A DNA stretch of 64,000 bases from a bacterium (GTDB taxonomy: Bacteria > Hinthialibacterota > Hinthialibacteria > Hinthialibacterales > Hinthialibacteraceae). The notes under the pieces were generated by a model. The model had not been told where the DNA came from and ran no database searches. It saw nothing but the letters and a program-made list of their open reading frames with translations. The position numbers and the translations under genes were made by a program. Positions 29,664 to 38,333 of the stretch are shown here, one piece after another. Numbering within the stretch: position 1 is the stretch's first letter; the number at the start of each line of letters is the position of its first letter. Location: assembly GCA_963662285.2 (NCBI GenBank), contig CAXXMV010000001.1, forward strand, positions 1,088,001 through 1,152,000. Reading direction: 5' to 3'.

Positions 29664-31217
29664 TTACTGCCATGCATAACGCATTTTGTTTTGATTGAAA
29701 CGCGCTATGAGGATAAATATTACGTATTGCAATGCTAATCCAACTACAAATGGCATAATCGTAGATATATTCAATGGTTGAAATGAAACAGAAAGCAATG
29801 CATAAATCGGGGATAAACTAGAAATATAGGGGATCAAAACATTACTTGATCCACGCGCCATGAGATGCAAGATGTATGGGGCGCCCAGCCACGCGAAGAG
29901 GCTGGAGAATACCCATAATTGCCCCTCCAACTCATCACTGGAAGAAAATCCAAGCAACAACCCCAACCGCGCAGCAAGGTTCAAAACCATCCATGCCTGT
30001 ACGATAAAGCACAGCGTAACCACCAGGACAGATAAGGGCTGAAAGAAATCTACCACTACCATCCATAACACAAAGAATATCACCAGACATTTCATGGTTA
30101 TCATGGGAAGCATGGCGGCTACGTTTTCTTTGGTATCGGTAATCTCAGTAAGAGGGATAAGCGTGATGCGCATTGAATCCAACCTTAGGCTGGATCGTTC
30201 GTTGAGCATCTCGCGCATAGCGTTTGTCGCTGCATAAATGGCGCAGCAGGCCAGTATAATGACAAACGGGACGCCTAAGACGCTATAAATACCCGGTTCA
30301 TATTTCATGAAAGCGATCAATACAATCGGAGATAACAAGAATAGAGCGACAATCATGATGTCGCGCACATTTTGCCGGTGGATGAACGGTCCGCCAATGG
30401 TTTGTTGACGCACCTGTTCCAAAGTCATATATTTTGAGACGCCTTCTTCATTAGAGAAAATAGTCCCCTCATGACGCCGCAGAAAGGCAAACAATCCACT
30501 GATAGTCTTGGCATCAGGATCGCGTTGCTTCTCCAAGTCTTCAATAGCAAATGGCGTCAACCATTTTTTCTTCCATTTTTTTCGATCCCAAAGCATAAAG
30601 GGGAAAAACAAGAATCCGCTATGAATTAGAATAAACCATATTTTTATAACTCCCCACATAACAATGACAAATATGGAAATACAGATAAAACAAACTAACG
30701 CATAACCGATTGCGCCGGGTATGCCCGCTTGATATTGATCTACTTTAGATCCACCCCAGATAGAGAGAATTAACAAAAGCCAAATCACGGGCAGCATAAG
30801 CAGTAATGTGATGAATGAGGGCGCCCATGAGACGCCCGTATCCAGGCGGAACAGGCAACAGAGCATAGAGGGCATGGAAGCAAAACACAGAACCATAGTT
30901 ATCATCAGCGGCGCGATGCTCATACCGATAATCAAACGTTTTGGAGTGATAGGAGTTGCCAGCAAAAATTCAAGCGTTCCTTGGCGCAGCTCATCCTGTG
31001 GAGATATTCCAGCCATGATACAGCCCCACAGAGTAGGCCAGAACATGCCTGATAACGCAATGAAGATCGGCAGCAATCGCGGAGAAACGGTAAATGGTGG
31101 TATCTGAGAATAAAAAATGAGATGGGTAATATACGTAATGATCAATACGAAAAACGAACCGAGCATGACCCGGCGGTTGCGGAATATCCTGGAAGAAGCG
31201 CGTATGAAACCTAGCAT
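29664..31217 (-). CDS. ABC-2-like permease-related membrane protein
   Basis: ELRQGTLEFLLATPITPKRLIIG and a second degenerate copy ERSSLRLDSMRITLIPL; about 12 TM segments. Confidence 0.75.
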   Translation of the reverse strand: MLGFIRASSRIFRNRRVMLGSFFVLIITYITHLIFYSQIPPFTVSPRLLPIFIALSGMFWPTLWGCIMAGISPQDELRQGTLEFLLATPITPKRLIIGMSIAPLMITMVLCFASMPSMLCCLFRLDTGVSWAPSFITLLLMLPVIWLLLILSIWGGSKVDQYQAGIPGAIGYALVCFICISIFVIVMWGVIKIWFILIHSGFLFFPFMLWDRKKWKKKWLTPFAIEDLEKQRDPDAKTISGLFAFLRRHEGTIFSNEEGVSKYMTLEQVRQQTIGGPFIHRQNVRDIMIVALFLLSPIVLIAFMKYEPGIYSVLGVPFVIILACCAIYAATNAMREMLNERSSLRLDSMRITLIPLTEITDTKENVAAMLPMITMKCLVIFFVLWMVVVDFFQPLSVLVVTLCFIVQAWMVLNLAARLGLLLGFSSSDELEGQLWVFSSLFAWLGAPYILHLMARGSSNVLIPYISSLSPIYALLSVSFQPLNISTIMPFVVGLALQYVIFILIARFNQNKMRYAWQ

Positions 31218-31325
31218 GGCCTAAATATAACAAAAAGAGCAAATAGCGTAAAGGACAACCGTTCAGTAAGCCATTAATAAAAACAGCTGCATAACATTGC
31301 AAAGATAATCAAAACCACACAGTTT

Positions 31326-32078
31326 TTATTTCATAATGATTTGCACCGGGCAATGGTCTGATCCCATAACCTCTGGCAAAATAACTGATTCCTTCAATTT
31401 AGGGCGCAATGCGGGAGATATGCAGAAATAATCAATGCGCCATCCCACATTCTTCTCTCGTGCTTTGCCAAAGTAACTCCACCAGGTGTAATGACCGCCT
31501 TCGCTGGTGAATTCACGGAATGTATCAATGAATCCTTTTTTTACGATCTGGTCGAATCCCTGACGCTCTTCGATGGTGTATCCGGCGTTTCTTTCGTTGC
31601 TTTTAGGGTTGGCCAGATCGATCTCGGTATGCGCTACGTTGAGGTCTCCACAGAAGACAACAGGTTTTTTCTTCTCTAGTTTTTTGAGGTATTTCAAAAA
31701 CGCGGGGTCCCACTCTTTGGAACGGTAATCCAACCGCGCCAGGTCCCTGCCGGAGTTGGGAGTATAAACCGTGACCAGGTAATAATCCTGGTATTCCAGA
31801 GTAATAACGCGGCCTTCGTTGTCGTGTTCAGCCTTGCCGACGCCATAAGATGAACTGAGCGGCTCGACCTTACTGAAGATCGCCGTCCCCGAATACCCCT
31901 TCTTTTCCGCTGGATTCCAAAAAACATGGTATCCATCCATCGGCAAATCCACCTGTTCGGGCAGGGCGCGCATTTCCTGTATGCATAAAATATCAGGATC
32001 GGCCTGATCGACGAAATCCAGAAAACCCTTTTTTAGTGCAGCCCTTATGCCGTTTACGTTCCAGGAAATTAGTTTCAT
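31326..32078 (-). CDS. xth: exodeoxyribonuclease III (AP endonuclease)
   Basis: [37 protein letters not shown] and SDHCP. Confidence 0.97.
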   Translation of the reverse strand: MKLISWNVNGIRAALKKGFLDFVDQADPDILCIQEMRALPEQVDLPMDGYHVFWNPAEKKGYSGTAIFSKVEPLSSSYGVGKAEHDNEGRVITLEYQDYYLVTVYTPNSGRDLARLDYRSKEWDPAFLKYLKKLEKKKPVVFCGDLNVAHTEIDLANPKSNERNAGYTIEERQGFDQIVKKGFIDTFREFTSEGGHYTWWSYFGKAREKNVGWRIDYFCISPALRPKLKESVILPEVMGSDHCPVQIIMK

Positions 32079-32097
32079 AAATAACTCCAGATAAAAA

Positions 32098-32994
32098 TTA
32101 TTTGAGGATATTTTCAGAATTTAATTCATTTGCATCTGCTTCTCGCATTAAAGTTCTGATGACAACCGATAATAGAATTAACATACCACCAATTATCGCC
32201 CACCGTCCAGGTTCTTCTCCGATATCTAAATAAACCCAGAATGGATTAAGCAGCGGTTCCACCAGGGTGATAATAGCCACTTCGATGGCGGGAAGATATT
32301 TCAATGCATAAACAAAAAACAGATAGGCCACCCCGATCTGAAATATCCCTAACCATAATAATCCTATCCAGGTCCGCCAGCCACTCAGCAGCGACAGGGT
32401 TTCCGGAAAGAAAAATAATGCAGTGGGAATGACAAGGATTGCCGTAACCGCATTGCCCCAGAATACCGCTCCGGTGGGGTTGCTATGGCGGTCCTTGCGT
32501 AAAGCGAGTACTAATAGGGCGTAACTGGCGCCGGATACCAAAGCGATTATGTTCCCCTGCCATTGCTCGGGAGACAGTTCATCAATAAAAAATAGCATCA
32601 TACCGAAAGTACAAAAGGCGATAGTCGTAATCCGGCTGACGGTAATCGATTCGCGCAACCAGATGAAACCACCAACCAATACCCAGGCGGGCATAGTGGA
32701 TTGCAGAAAAATTGCATTGGCCGCAGTCGTCATTTTCATGGATATAACATAAGTAGTAGTCATTACAGCGTAACCGACGACGGCCAGCCAACCGGTGCGG
32801 CTGATACGTGGTAATTTATATAACCTGGAACGATGAGCCAGATACAGCCCGATAAAAATAGCTGATACCATCGAACGGAAACCGGCTATGGCTAAAGCGG
32901 ATAAATCAAGGCGCTTGATGCACAAGCCGCCTGTCGAAAAAAGTAGGACGGCGGTTAACGCCGCCAATGTTGGGCCAAGTAGTTTTTTTTGCAT
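32098..32994 (-). CDS. DMT/EamA family transporter
   Basis: Ten TM helices in two EamA repeats; [10 protein letters not shown] and [14 protein letters not shown]. Confidence 0.92.
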   Translation of the reverse strand: MQKKLLGPTLAALTAVLLFSTGGLCIKRLDLSALAIAGFRSMVSAIFIGLYLAHRSRLYKLPRISRTGWLAVVGYAVMTTTYVISMKMTTAANAIFLQSTMPAWVLVGGFIWLRESITVSRITTIAFCTFGMMLFFIDELSPEQWQGNIIALVSGASYALLVLALRKDRHSNPTGAVFWGNAVTAILVIPTALFFFPETLSLLSGWRTWIGLLWLGIFQIGVAYLFFVYALKYLPAIEVAIITLVEPLLNPFWVYLDIGEEPGRWAIIGGMLILLSVVIRTLMREADANELNSENILK

Positions 32995-33171
32995 GAATCT
33001 CCAGCATTGTTTTAGGGAAAAGTTGAATATATCAGAAACAGTTTCTGAGTTTTGAAAGAAAATTCAAGGCGCCAGCATTTAAATTTATATATTGTGGGGT
33101 TTGGTCTTTTCGCCAAGGACAGTAGAATGAATCTTCTACAGTTATCGTTAATTGGCGCATTTTAATCCTGG

Positions 33172-34353
33172 ATGAGGTTTGGCGAATCCGTGCGAGTTCT
33201 TCATATATATAAAGATTATTATCCACCAACCTGTGGGGGGATTGAGATTGCGATCCACAGAATGATAGAGGCGACTCGGGATCATTGCGAAGAGATCGCC
33301 GTCCTGATTTGCAACCGTAAGAGGAAATCAGAATTCGCTGAAGTCGAAGGAACCCCCGTCTTCAAAGCTGGCGAGTGGGGACGTTTTCTTTCGGCGCCTA
33401 TTTCGCCCTATTTCCCGCTCTGGCTGCGCCGGTCTGACGCCGATATTCTGCATTATCACTTGCCCAATCCAACAGCGGTGATTTCTCATCTGCTGGTGCG
33501 TCCCAAGGGCAAGGTAGTAGTGCATTATCATAGCGACATCGTCCGGCAAAAAGGTTGGATGAAATATTATGGCCCGTTTCTGCATCGGTTTCTCCGTTTA
33601 GCGGACGCCATCATCGTCACATCGCCCAATTATCTTGAATCATCAGAAACGCTCAAGCCATACCGGGATAAATGCAAAGTGGTTCCTTTCGGGGTTTCGA
33701 TGACCCGCTTCTCGCCCAGTTATGAAATAGAGGATATGGCTCAGATAATCCGCAGGCGCTATGGCATGAACCTGGTGTTGTTCGTCGGTATTCTCCGCTA
33801 TTACAAAGGTTTGCACATCTTGATCAAAGCTATGGAACATATAGAAGGAAAACTGCTGATAGTCGGCGAAGGCCCTTTGTTGTCAGAATTAATCTCGTTC
33901 GCTCAAAAACAATCCTATGCCGACCGCATCGTTTTTCTCGGTCGGGTAGAGTCGGTTACGCCATATTACTATGCATCCGATGTATTTTGCCTACCATCCA
34001 TATACCGTTCTGAAGCTTTCGGCTTAGTCTTACTGGAAGCAGCGGCATGTGGATTACCCTTGGTATCTACAGAACTGGGAACCGGAACATCTTATATCAA
34101 CCTGGATGGCGTCACAGGCCAAGTAACTCCCCCTGATGATGATCAAGCCCTGAGTAATGCCCTTAAGGAAATCCTGTCCAGTCAGAAACTCAGAAATGAA
34201 TATGGTTCCGCCGCCCGTAAAAGAATTACGGAATTATTTACTCAGGAAGAAATGGGCAAGAACATCCTATCTATTTATAATGAGTTATTAGGAACGCCCA
34301 TGCCGGATTTATCTGCATCGGATGATTTTGATATGACTAGACATTTAGAATAA
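33172..34353 (+). CDS. GT4 family glycosyltransferase
   Basis: YYPPTCGGIE, HYHLPNP, YHSDIVRQ, YKGL and EAFGLVLLEA. Confidence 0.95.
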   Translation: MRFGESVRVLHIYKDYYPPTCGGIEIAIHRMIEATRDHCEEIAVLICNRKRKSEFAEVEGTPVFKAGEWGRFLSAPISPYFPLWLRRSDADILHYHLPNPTAVISHLLVRPKGKVVVHYHSDIVRQKGWMKYYGPFLHRFLRLADAIIVTSPNYLESSETLKPYRDKCKVVPFGVSMTRFSPSYEIEDMAQIIRRRYGMNLVLFVGILRYYKGLHILIKAMEHIEGKLLIVGEGPLLSELISFAQKQSYADRIVFLGRVESVTPYYYASDVFCLPSIYRSEAFGLVLLEAAACGLPLVSTELGTGTSYINLDGVTGQVTPPDDDQALSNALKEILSSQKLRNEYGSAARKRITELFTQEEMGKNILSIYNELLGTPMPDLSASDDFDMTRHLE

Positions 34354-34397
34354 TCTTTGGTCGATTACTCTTTTTCTTATAGGAAAAATGGAGAAAG

Positions 34398-35780
34398 ATG
34401 GAACGATTCATACGCGGAATAAAACGGATCGGCTGGCTTCCGGTTCTGGCAGCTCTTTTTTATATAGTTTGCATGACTCCCCTGATGGGACGCAAAAAAG
34501 GTTATACGGTTGACGCCACTCCCTCATATCAACTCACCAAAACTATAATGGAAACCGGCGTCTGGTTTCCGGATGATTTACAAATCAAGCAAGGTTATAT
34601 CTATTCTATCGTTTATCTCCCTTTTTACGCTTTGGGAGACGCACTGTCCGCCTTCTCGCCGGATCTGAATACCGAATGGATTCACCGCAAATGCCTGTGC
34701 TGGATGAATACGGTTATTACCGGATTGACGATATTCCTGCTATCAATGGTGATCCATCTGCTGGGTTATTCAAAAAAAGCCAGGATCATGGCGCCATTGA
34801 TATACGGTTTTTCCACTTTAGCCTTCAACTATGCGCGGTACGACTATAACAAATGCCTGGCCGCTTTCCTGCTGCTATTAACCTTTTATTTCGCTCTCCG
34901 TTTTATTTACGAGAATACACTCTTTCACGCAATGGTTTGTGGATTGGCGCTGGCGTTTCTAGCCACGCTACGATTAGAAATGGCGATTGTCGCCCCGCTC
35001 TTGCTATGGATATTTTATGCTATTAAGGGGACGACAGCAGACCGGATTAAACGATCCGCCGCTTTTCTGGTTCCAGTTTTGATCGGCGTCGCATGGGTGC
35101 TGCTTTATAACTGGTTTTATTGGCAAAGCGATATAGCGGGGGGATATAAAGGTGAAGGATTCCAGATAAATCCGTTTCCAGGATTGATTGGATTTTTGTT
35201 TTCCCCAGGAAAGAATATCTGGTTGTTTAATCCAGTGCTTCTTGCTCTGCCATTTGCATTACGCCATTTTCAGACTCGCCACAGAGATATGTTCAAGTTT
35301 AATTTATGGTGCGGCTTTATCTTGCTTCCCTTCGTTCTGTATTGTTTCTGGGGCAACTGGTGGGGCGGATGGGGATGGGGGCCGCGTCATTTAGTTCCAT
35401 TGATGCCCTTATTGGTGATTCCACTTTCAGAAATTATTGATGGAGATGTCCGTTCCATCAAAGTCGGGCTGGGACTATTATTTTTAGGAGGCTGCATCGT
35501 TCAACTGCTGGGCGGGGTAATAGACTTCTGCGATGTCATCCACACCCTTGAGGGCAAGGGCGTCCAAGAATATTTCTTGGTATGGAAGCCAGTATGGAAT
35601 CCCATTGTCTGGCATTTTAATTTTTTCATATATCTTTCTCTTGATCGTTGGGATTATGGGTGGATCGGAGTAAAAAATTACTTACCATTCGGGCAATTTC
35701 TTGGTATGCTATGTTTATGGATTCTATCGCTGATATTATTGGGTTATGCAATTATCCATAATCTAAGAAGAACTGACTGA
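34398..35780 (+). CDS. polytopic GT-C-like (ArnT/PMT-type) membrane protein
   Basis: About 12 TM helices; FSTLAFNYAR, FSPGKN and WWGGWGWGPRHLVP; follows a GT4 gene. Confidence 0.7.
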   Translation: MERFIRGIKRIGWLPVLAALFYIVCMTPLMGRKKGYTVDATPSYQLTKTIMETGVWFPDDLQIKQGYIYSIVYLPFYALGDALSAFSPDLNTEWIHRKCLCWMNTVITGLTIFLLSMVIHLLGYSKKARIMAPLIYGFSTLAFNYARYDYNKCLAAFLLLLTFYFALRFIYENTLFHAMVCGLALAFLATLRLEMAIVAPLLLWIFYAIKGTTADRIKRSAAFLVPVLIGVAWVLLYNWFYWQSDIAGGYKGEGFQINPFPGLIGFLFSPGKNIWLFNPVLLALPFALRHFQTRHRDMFKFNLWCGFILLPFVLYCFWGNWWGGWGWGPRHLVPLMPLLVIPLSEIIDGDVRSIKVGLGLLFLGGCIVQLLGGVIDFCDVIHTLEGKGVQEYFLVWKPVWNPIVWHFNFFIYLSLDRWDYGWIGVKNYLPFGQFLGMLCLWILSLILLGYAIIHNLRRTD

Positions 35781-35813
35781 TATAAATAAGAAAAGCATAC
35801 TGCGAGTGATATT

Positions 35814-36623
35814 ATGTCATCACGGATTCTTTTGATTATTGCGCATGGAAGTCGTTCTGCGGCATGGAATCATGCTATAGAGACCTTTTGTTCCGATATT
35901 GCCGCTCCTGCTTATGCTGATAAATGCATTGATGAGGTTCGCTGGTGTTATTTAGAACACGCTCAGCCAACTATTAAGATGGCGTTAGAGCATTATTGTC
36001 AGGATTCCAATACAGAGATTGTTGCTCTACCGCTTTTCCTCTCCGTTAGCAGCCATGTTAAAACTGATATCCCCAAGGAAATACAGACCGTGGCTCAATT
36101 TGTGGAAAGACGCGAAGGGATGGTTTCCTATGAATGCAATGGTTCTCATATAATTCTGCTCGATCCACCACCAACCTTGGATATAATTTCCAATAATATT
36201 GAACGAAGAGTGAAGCGGCTTGGCGTCTCCATGAAAGAAAGCGGTCTGTTAGTTGTTTACTATGGATCATCCAAATATCTAAGGCAATGGAATCACCTCG
36301 CATTTAATGTTCAATCGCGCTTATTGGAATATTTCCCTCATACCCAGGTCAATTGGGGGTATGCTGGCGAAGCGGTGGAATTTTCCGCTGAACCATTGGC
36401 GGATATTCTAAAGGAGATGCTGCAAATTGTTCGTCCAGTGGTTATCAAACCTGCATTAGTTGCAGTTGGCGTTGTTCAAAACAACATTATTCCAGAGGCC
36501 ATCGAACTGGCTAATGCGGGAGATAATATCATTTATAACGGAGACGCCATCCTGCCGGACGCTGAGTTGGAGCAATATGTATTAAAGTACGCGCATGAAT
36601 GCTTACAGCGTAAAGATGCATAA
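35814..36623 (+). CDS. CbiX/SirB-like class II chelatase domain protein
   Basis: IIAHGSR, YLEHAQPT and LPLFLSVSSHVKTDIP; the second domain lacks the His residue (VVYYGS). Confidence 0.75.
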   Translation: MSSRILLIIAHGSRSAAWNHAIETFCSDIAAPAYADKCIDEVRWCYLEHAQPTIKMALEHYCQDSNTEIVALPLFLSVSSHVKTDIPKEIQTVAQFVERREGMVSYECNGSHIILLDPPPTLDIISNNIERRVKRLGVSMKESGLLVVYYGSSKYLRQWNHLAFNVQSRLLEYFPHTQVNWGYAGEAVEFSAEPLADILKEMLQIVRPVVIKPALVAVGVVQNNIIPEAIELANAGDNIIYNGDAILPDAELEQYVLKYAHECLQRKDA

Positions 36624-36624
36624 A

Positions 36625-37323
36625 TTATTGAACCTCTCTTAAACGGAAGATGGTTAATGAATATGGTGGAAAATCATACGTAAATTTCGATGCAACTGGG
36701 CCGAATAGTTTTGATTTGTGAATTACTTTTCGTGGATTGTCAAAGGAATTCTCATCTTTAGGTGAGTTTGAAGTTAGGATGGTTATGGTTCCCTCAACCT
36801 GTCTGGCTTTAAGATGATCCAGACTAACATCTGTTTTCAATGATTCATCATATTTATTAACTACTTTTATAATCCATTCTTCGCTTTTCTTATCATAGCC
36901 AGCGCCTGCTTCCAGGGCGGTTTGTTCAAATGATTGGCTATCCACATCATGGATCAATTTATCGTTGAGCCAGCATTTTATCTTCTTGTTTTGAACAGTT
37001 ATGCGGATATCATACCATTGGCCGGTTTTGATTGATCCTTGAACGCTATCAGATATTTTCTCTTTGCTGGAATCAGCCATTCTTTCAATTGCATGAGATG
37101 AATTGCCCCAGCCGCCGAGATTCCACCAATGCCAGTTATCTTCATTTTTTGAACGGAACAGAATAAGAAAACCTTCTGCGCCGGAAAGTTTTCGGGCTTT
37201 CAAAGAAAGAGTGTAATCGTCCCACTCTTCCTGTCCGGTCATGATGAAATTGTTTTCTTGATGATTCTTTTGGTGAATGACGCCATTCTCCGCATCCCAT
37301 TGTCCTGCAAAACCAGTTCTCAT
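36625..37323 (-). pseudogene. C-terminal fragment of a GH51 alpha-L-arabinofuranosidase-like protein (DUF1080-like lectin domain plus C-terminal beta-sandwich)
   Basis: WDDYTLSLKARKLSGAEGFLI...WWNLGGWGN and IIKVVN...ENSFDNP...FPPYSLTIFRL; no signal peptide and no catalytic barrel. Confidence 0.65.
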
Positions 37324-37363
37324 GATTTTTTTAAATAAATTATTCTATTTTGAAAGAAATTAC

Positions 37364-37409
37364 TTGACGATGAACAAATGTACATATACAATACATGAAC
37401 AAACGTGCA
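37364..37409 (+). promoter_or_regulatory. lexA promoter with two putative LexA operators
   Basis: TTGACG (37364), 17 bp, TACAAT (37387); TGAACAAATGTACA at 37371-37384 in the spacer and TGAACAAACGTGCA at 37396-37409. Confidence 0.8.
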
Positions 37410-37445
37410 TTTTTATGCAAATTCATACAGATAAGCGGGTGAATT

Positions 37446-38105
37446 ATGGCTGAACTTTCTTCAAAACAACAACAGATACTAGATTACATCAAGACATACC
37501 TTAAAGCACAAGGATATCCTCCTACTTTAAGAGAGATATGTAAGGAATTTTCCATCTCCTCTACTAATGGCGCTCGTTATCACTTACATAGGTTGCAAAA
37601 AATGGGCTACCTGGAGATTGATCCTCATCGATCAAGAGGCGTTAAATGCATTGAACAAGAGGATGACAATCAGCCGTCTTCTAAACCCAGTTTTTTCAAA
37701 ATGCCGGTTTTGGGCAAAGTCCCGGCTGGACCATTTGATCTGGCCTCTCCCGATTTACGGGAAGATGAAGTAACGATTGATCCTACATTCTTCGGCAGCA
37801 GCATGGCGGAACCAGAAATGTTCGGACTTCGGGTTAAAGGCGACAGTATGATCAACGCCGGGATTAACGATGGTGATATTGTAGTTGTACGAGTACAGGG
37901 AGACGCAAATAACGGAGATATCGTGGTCGCTCGCCTTGAAGAAGAAGCAACCGTTAAACGCTATCGTAAAGAAAACCGCCGGATTGTATTACAACCGGAA
38001 AATCCAGCTTATGCGCCCATCCCCATTCGTGACGAAGGAGGCGCCGAGCAAGGACAGGACGTGTCGCTGCTCGGCGTTGTAGTCGGTCTGATTCGTTCTA
38101 TGTAA
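37446..38105 (+). CDS. lexA: SOS repressor LexA
   Basis: GYPPTLREI winged helix; Ala-Gly cleavage site (VPAG); catalytic Ser GDSM and Lys TVKR. Confidence 0.97.
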   Translation: MAELSSKQQQILDYIKTYLKAQGYPPTLREICKEFSISSTNGARYHLHRLQKMGYLEIDPHRSRGVKCIEQEDDNQPSSKPSFFKMPVLGKVPAGPFDLASPDLREDEVTIDPTFFGSSMAEPEMFGLRVKGDSMINAGINDGDIVVVRVQGDANNGDIVVARLEEEATVKRYRKENRRIVLQPENPAYAPIPIRDEGGAEQGQDVSLLGVVVGLIRSM

Positions 38106-38113
38106 AAACCATA

Positions 38114-38145
38114 TTAAGAGCCTTCAATACTTTGAAGGCTCTTAA
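38114..38145. terminator. hairpin between convergent genes, probable bidirectional terminator
   Basis: TTAAGAGCCTTCAA-tact-TTGAAGGCTCTTAA, a perfect 14-bp stem. Confidence 0.75.
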
Positions 38146-38315
38146 TTATTATCATCATCTTCATCATCTTCATCATCAAGGTCATGCGTATCGATATCAA
38201 GCGGTGAATGCATGTGTTCTGTCGGAATGACTAATACGTTATAAAAACAATAAACCGCTAATGATACTACTAGAAAATTTGATACGATAAATAATATCCA
38301 ACCATATATATTCAT
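38142..38315 (-). CDS. 57-aa single-TM protein, probable small partner subunit of the NSS transporter
   Basis: Not in the ORF track. GAGGAGA RBS; MNIYGWILFIVSNFLVVSLAVYCFYNVLVIPTEHMHSPLDIDTHDLDDEDDEDDDNN; starts 18 nt after the transporter stop. Confidence 0.8.
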   Translation of the reverse strand: MNIYGWILFIVSNFLVVSLAVYCFYNVLVIPTEHMHSPLDIDTHDLDDEDDEDDDNN

Positions 38316-38333
38316 GATTATCTCCTCTTTCTC

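Larger units (their letters stand above)
28098..31217 (-). repeat. tandem direct duplication of a roughly 1.55-kb gene
   Basis: Near-identical ends (MxGFIRAS.RIFRNRRVMLGSFF...ILIARFNQNKMRYAW) and extensive nucleotide identity; copies are 28 bp apart. Confidence 0.92.

Noticed and set aside
28098-31217. Diversity-generating retroelement template/variable repeat pair
   Set aside because: The repeat covers whole genes, differences are not adenine-specific, and no reverse transcriptase is present.
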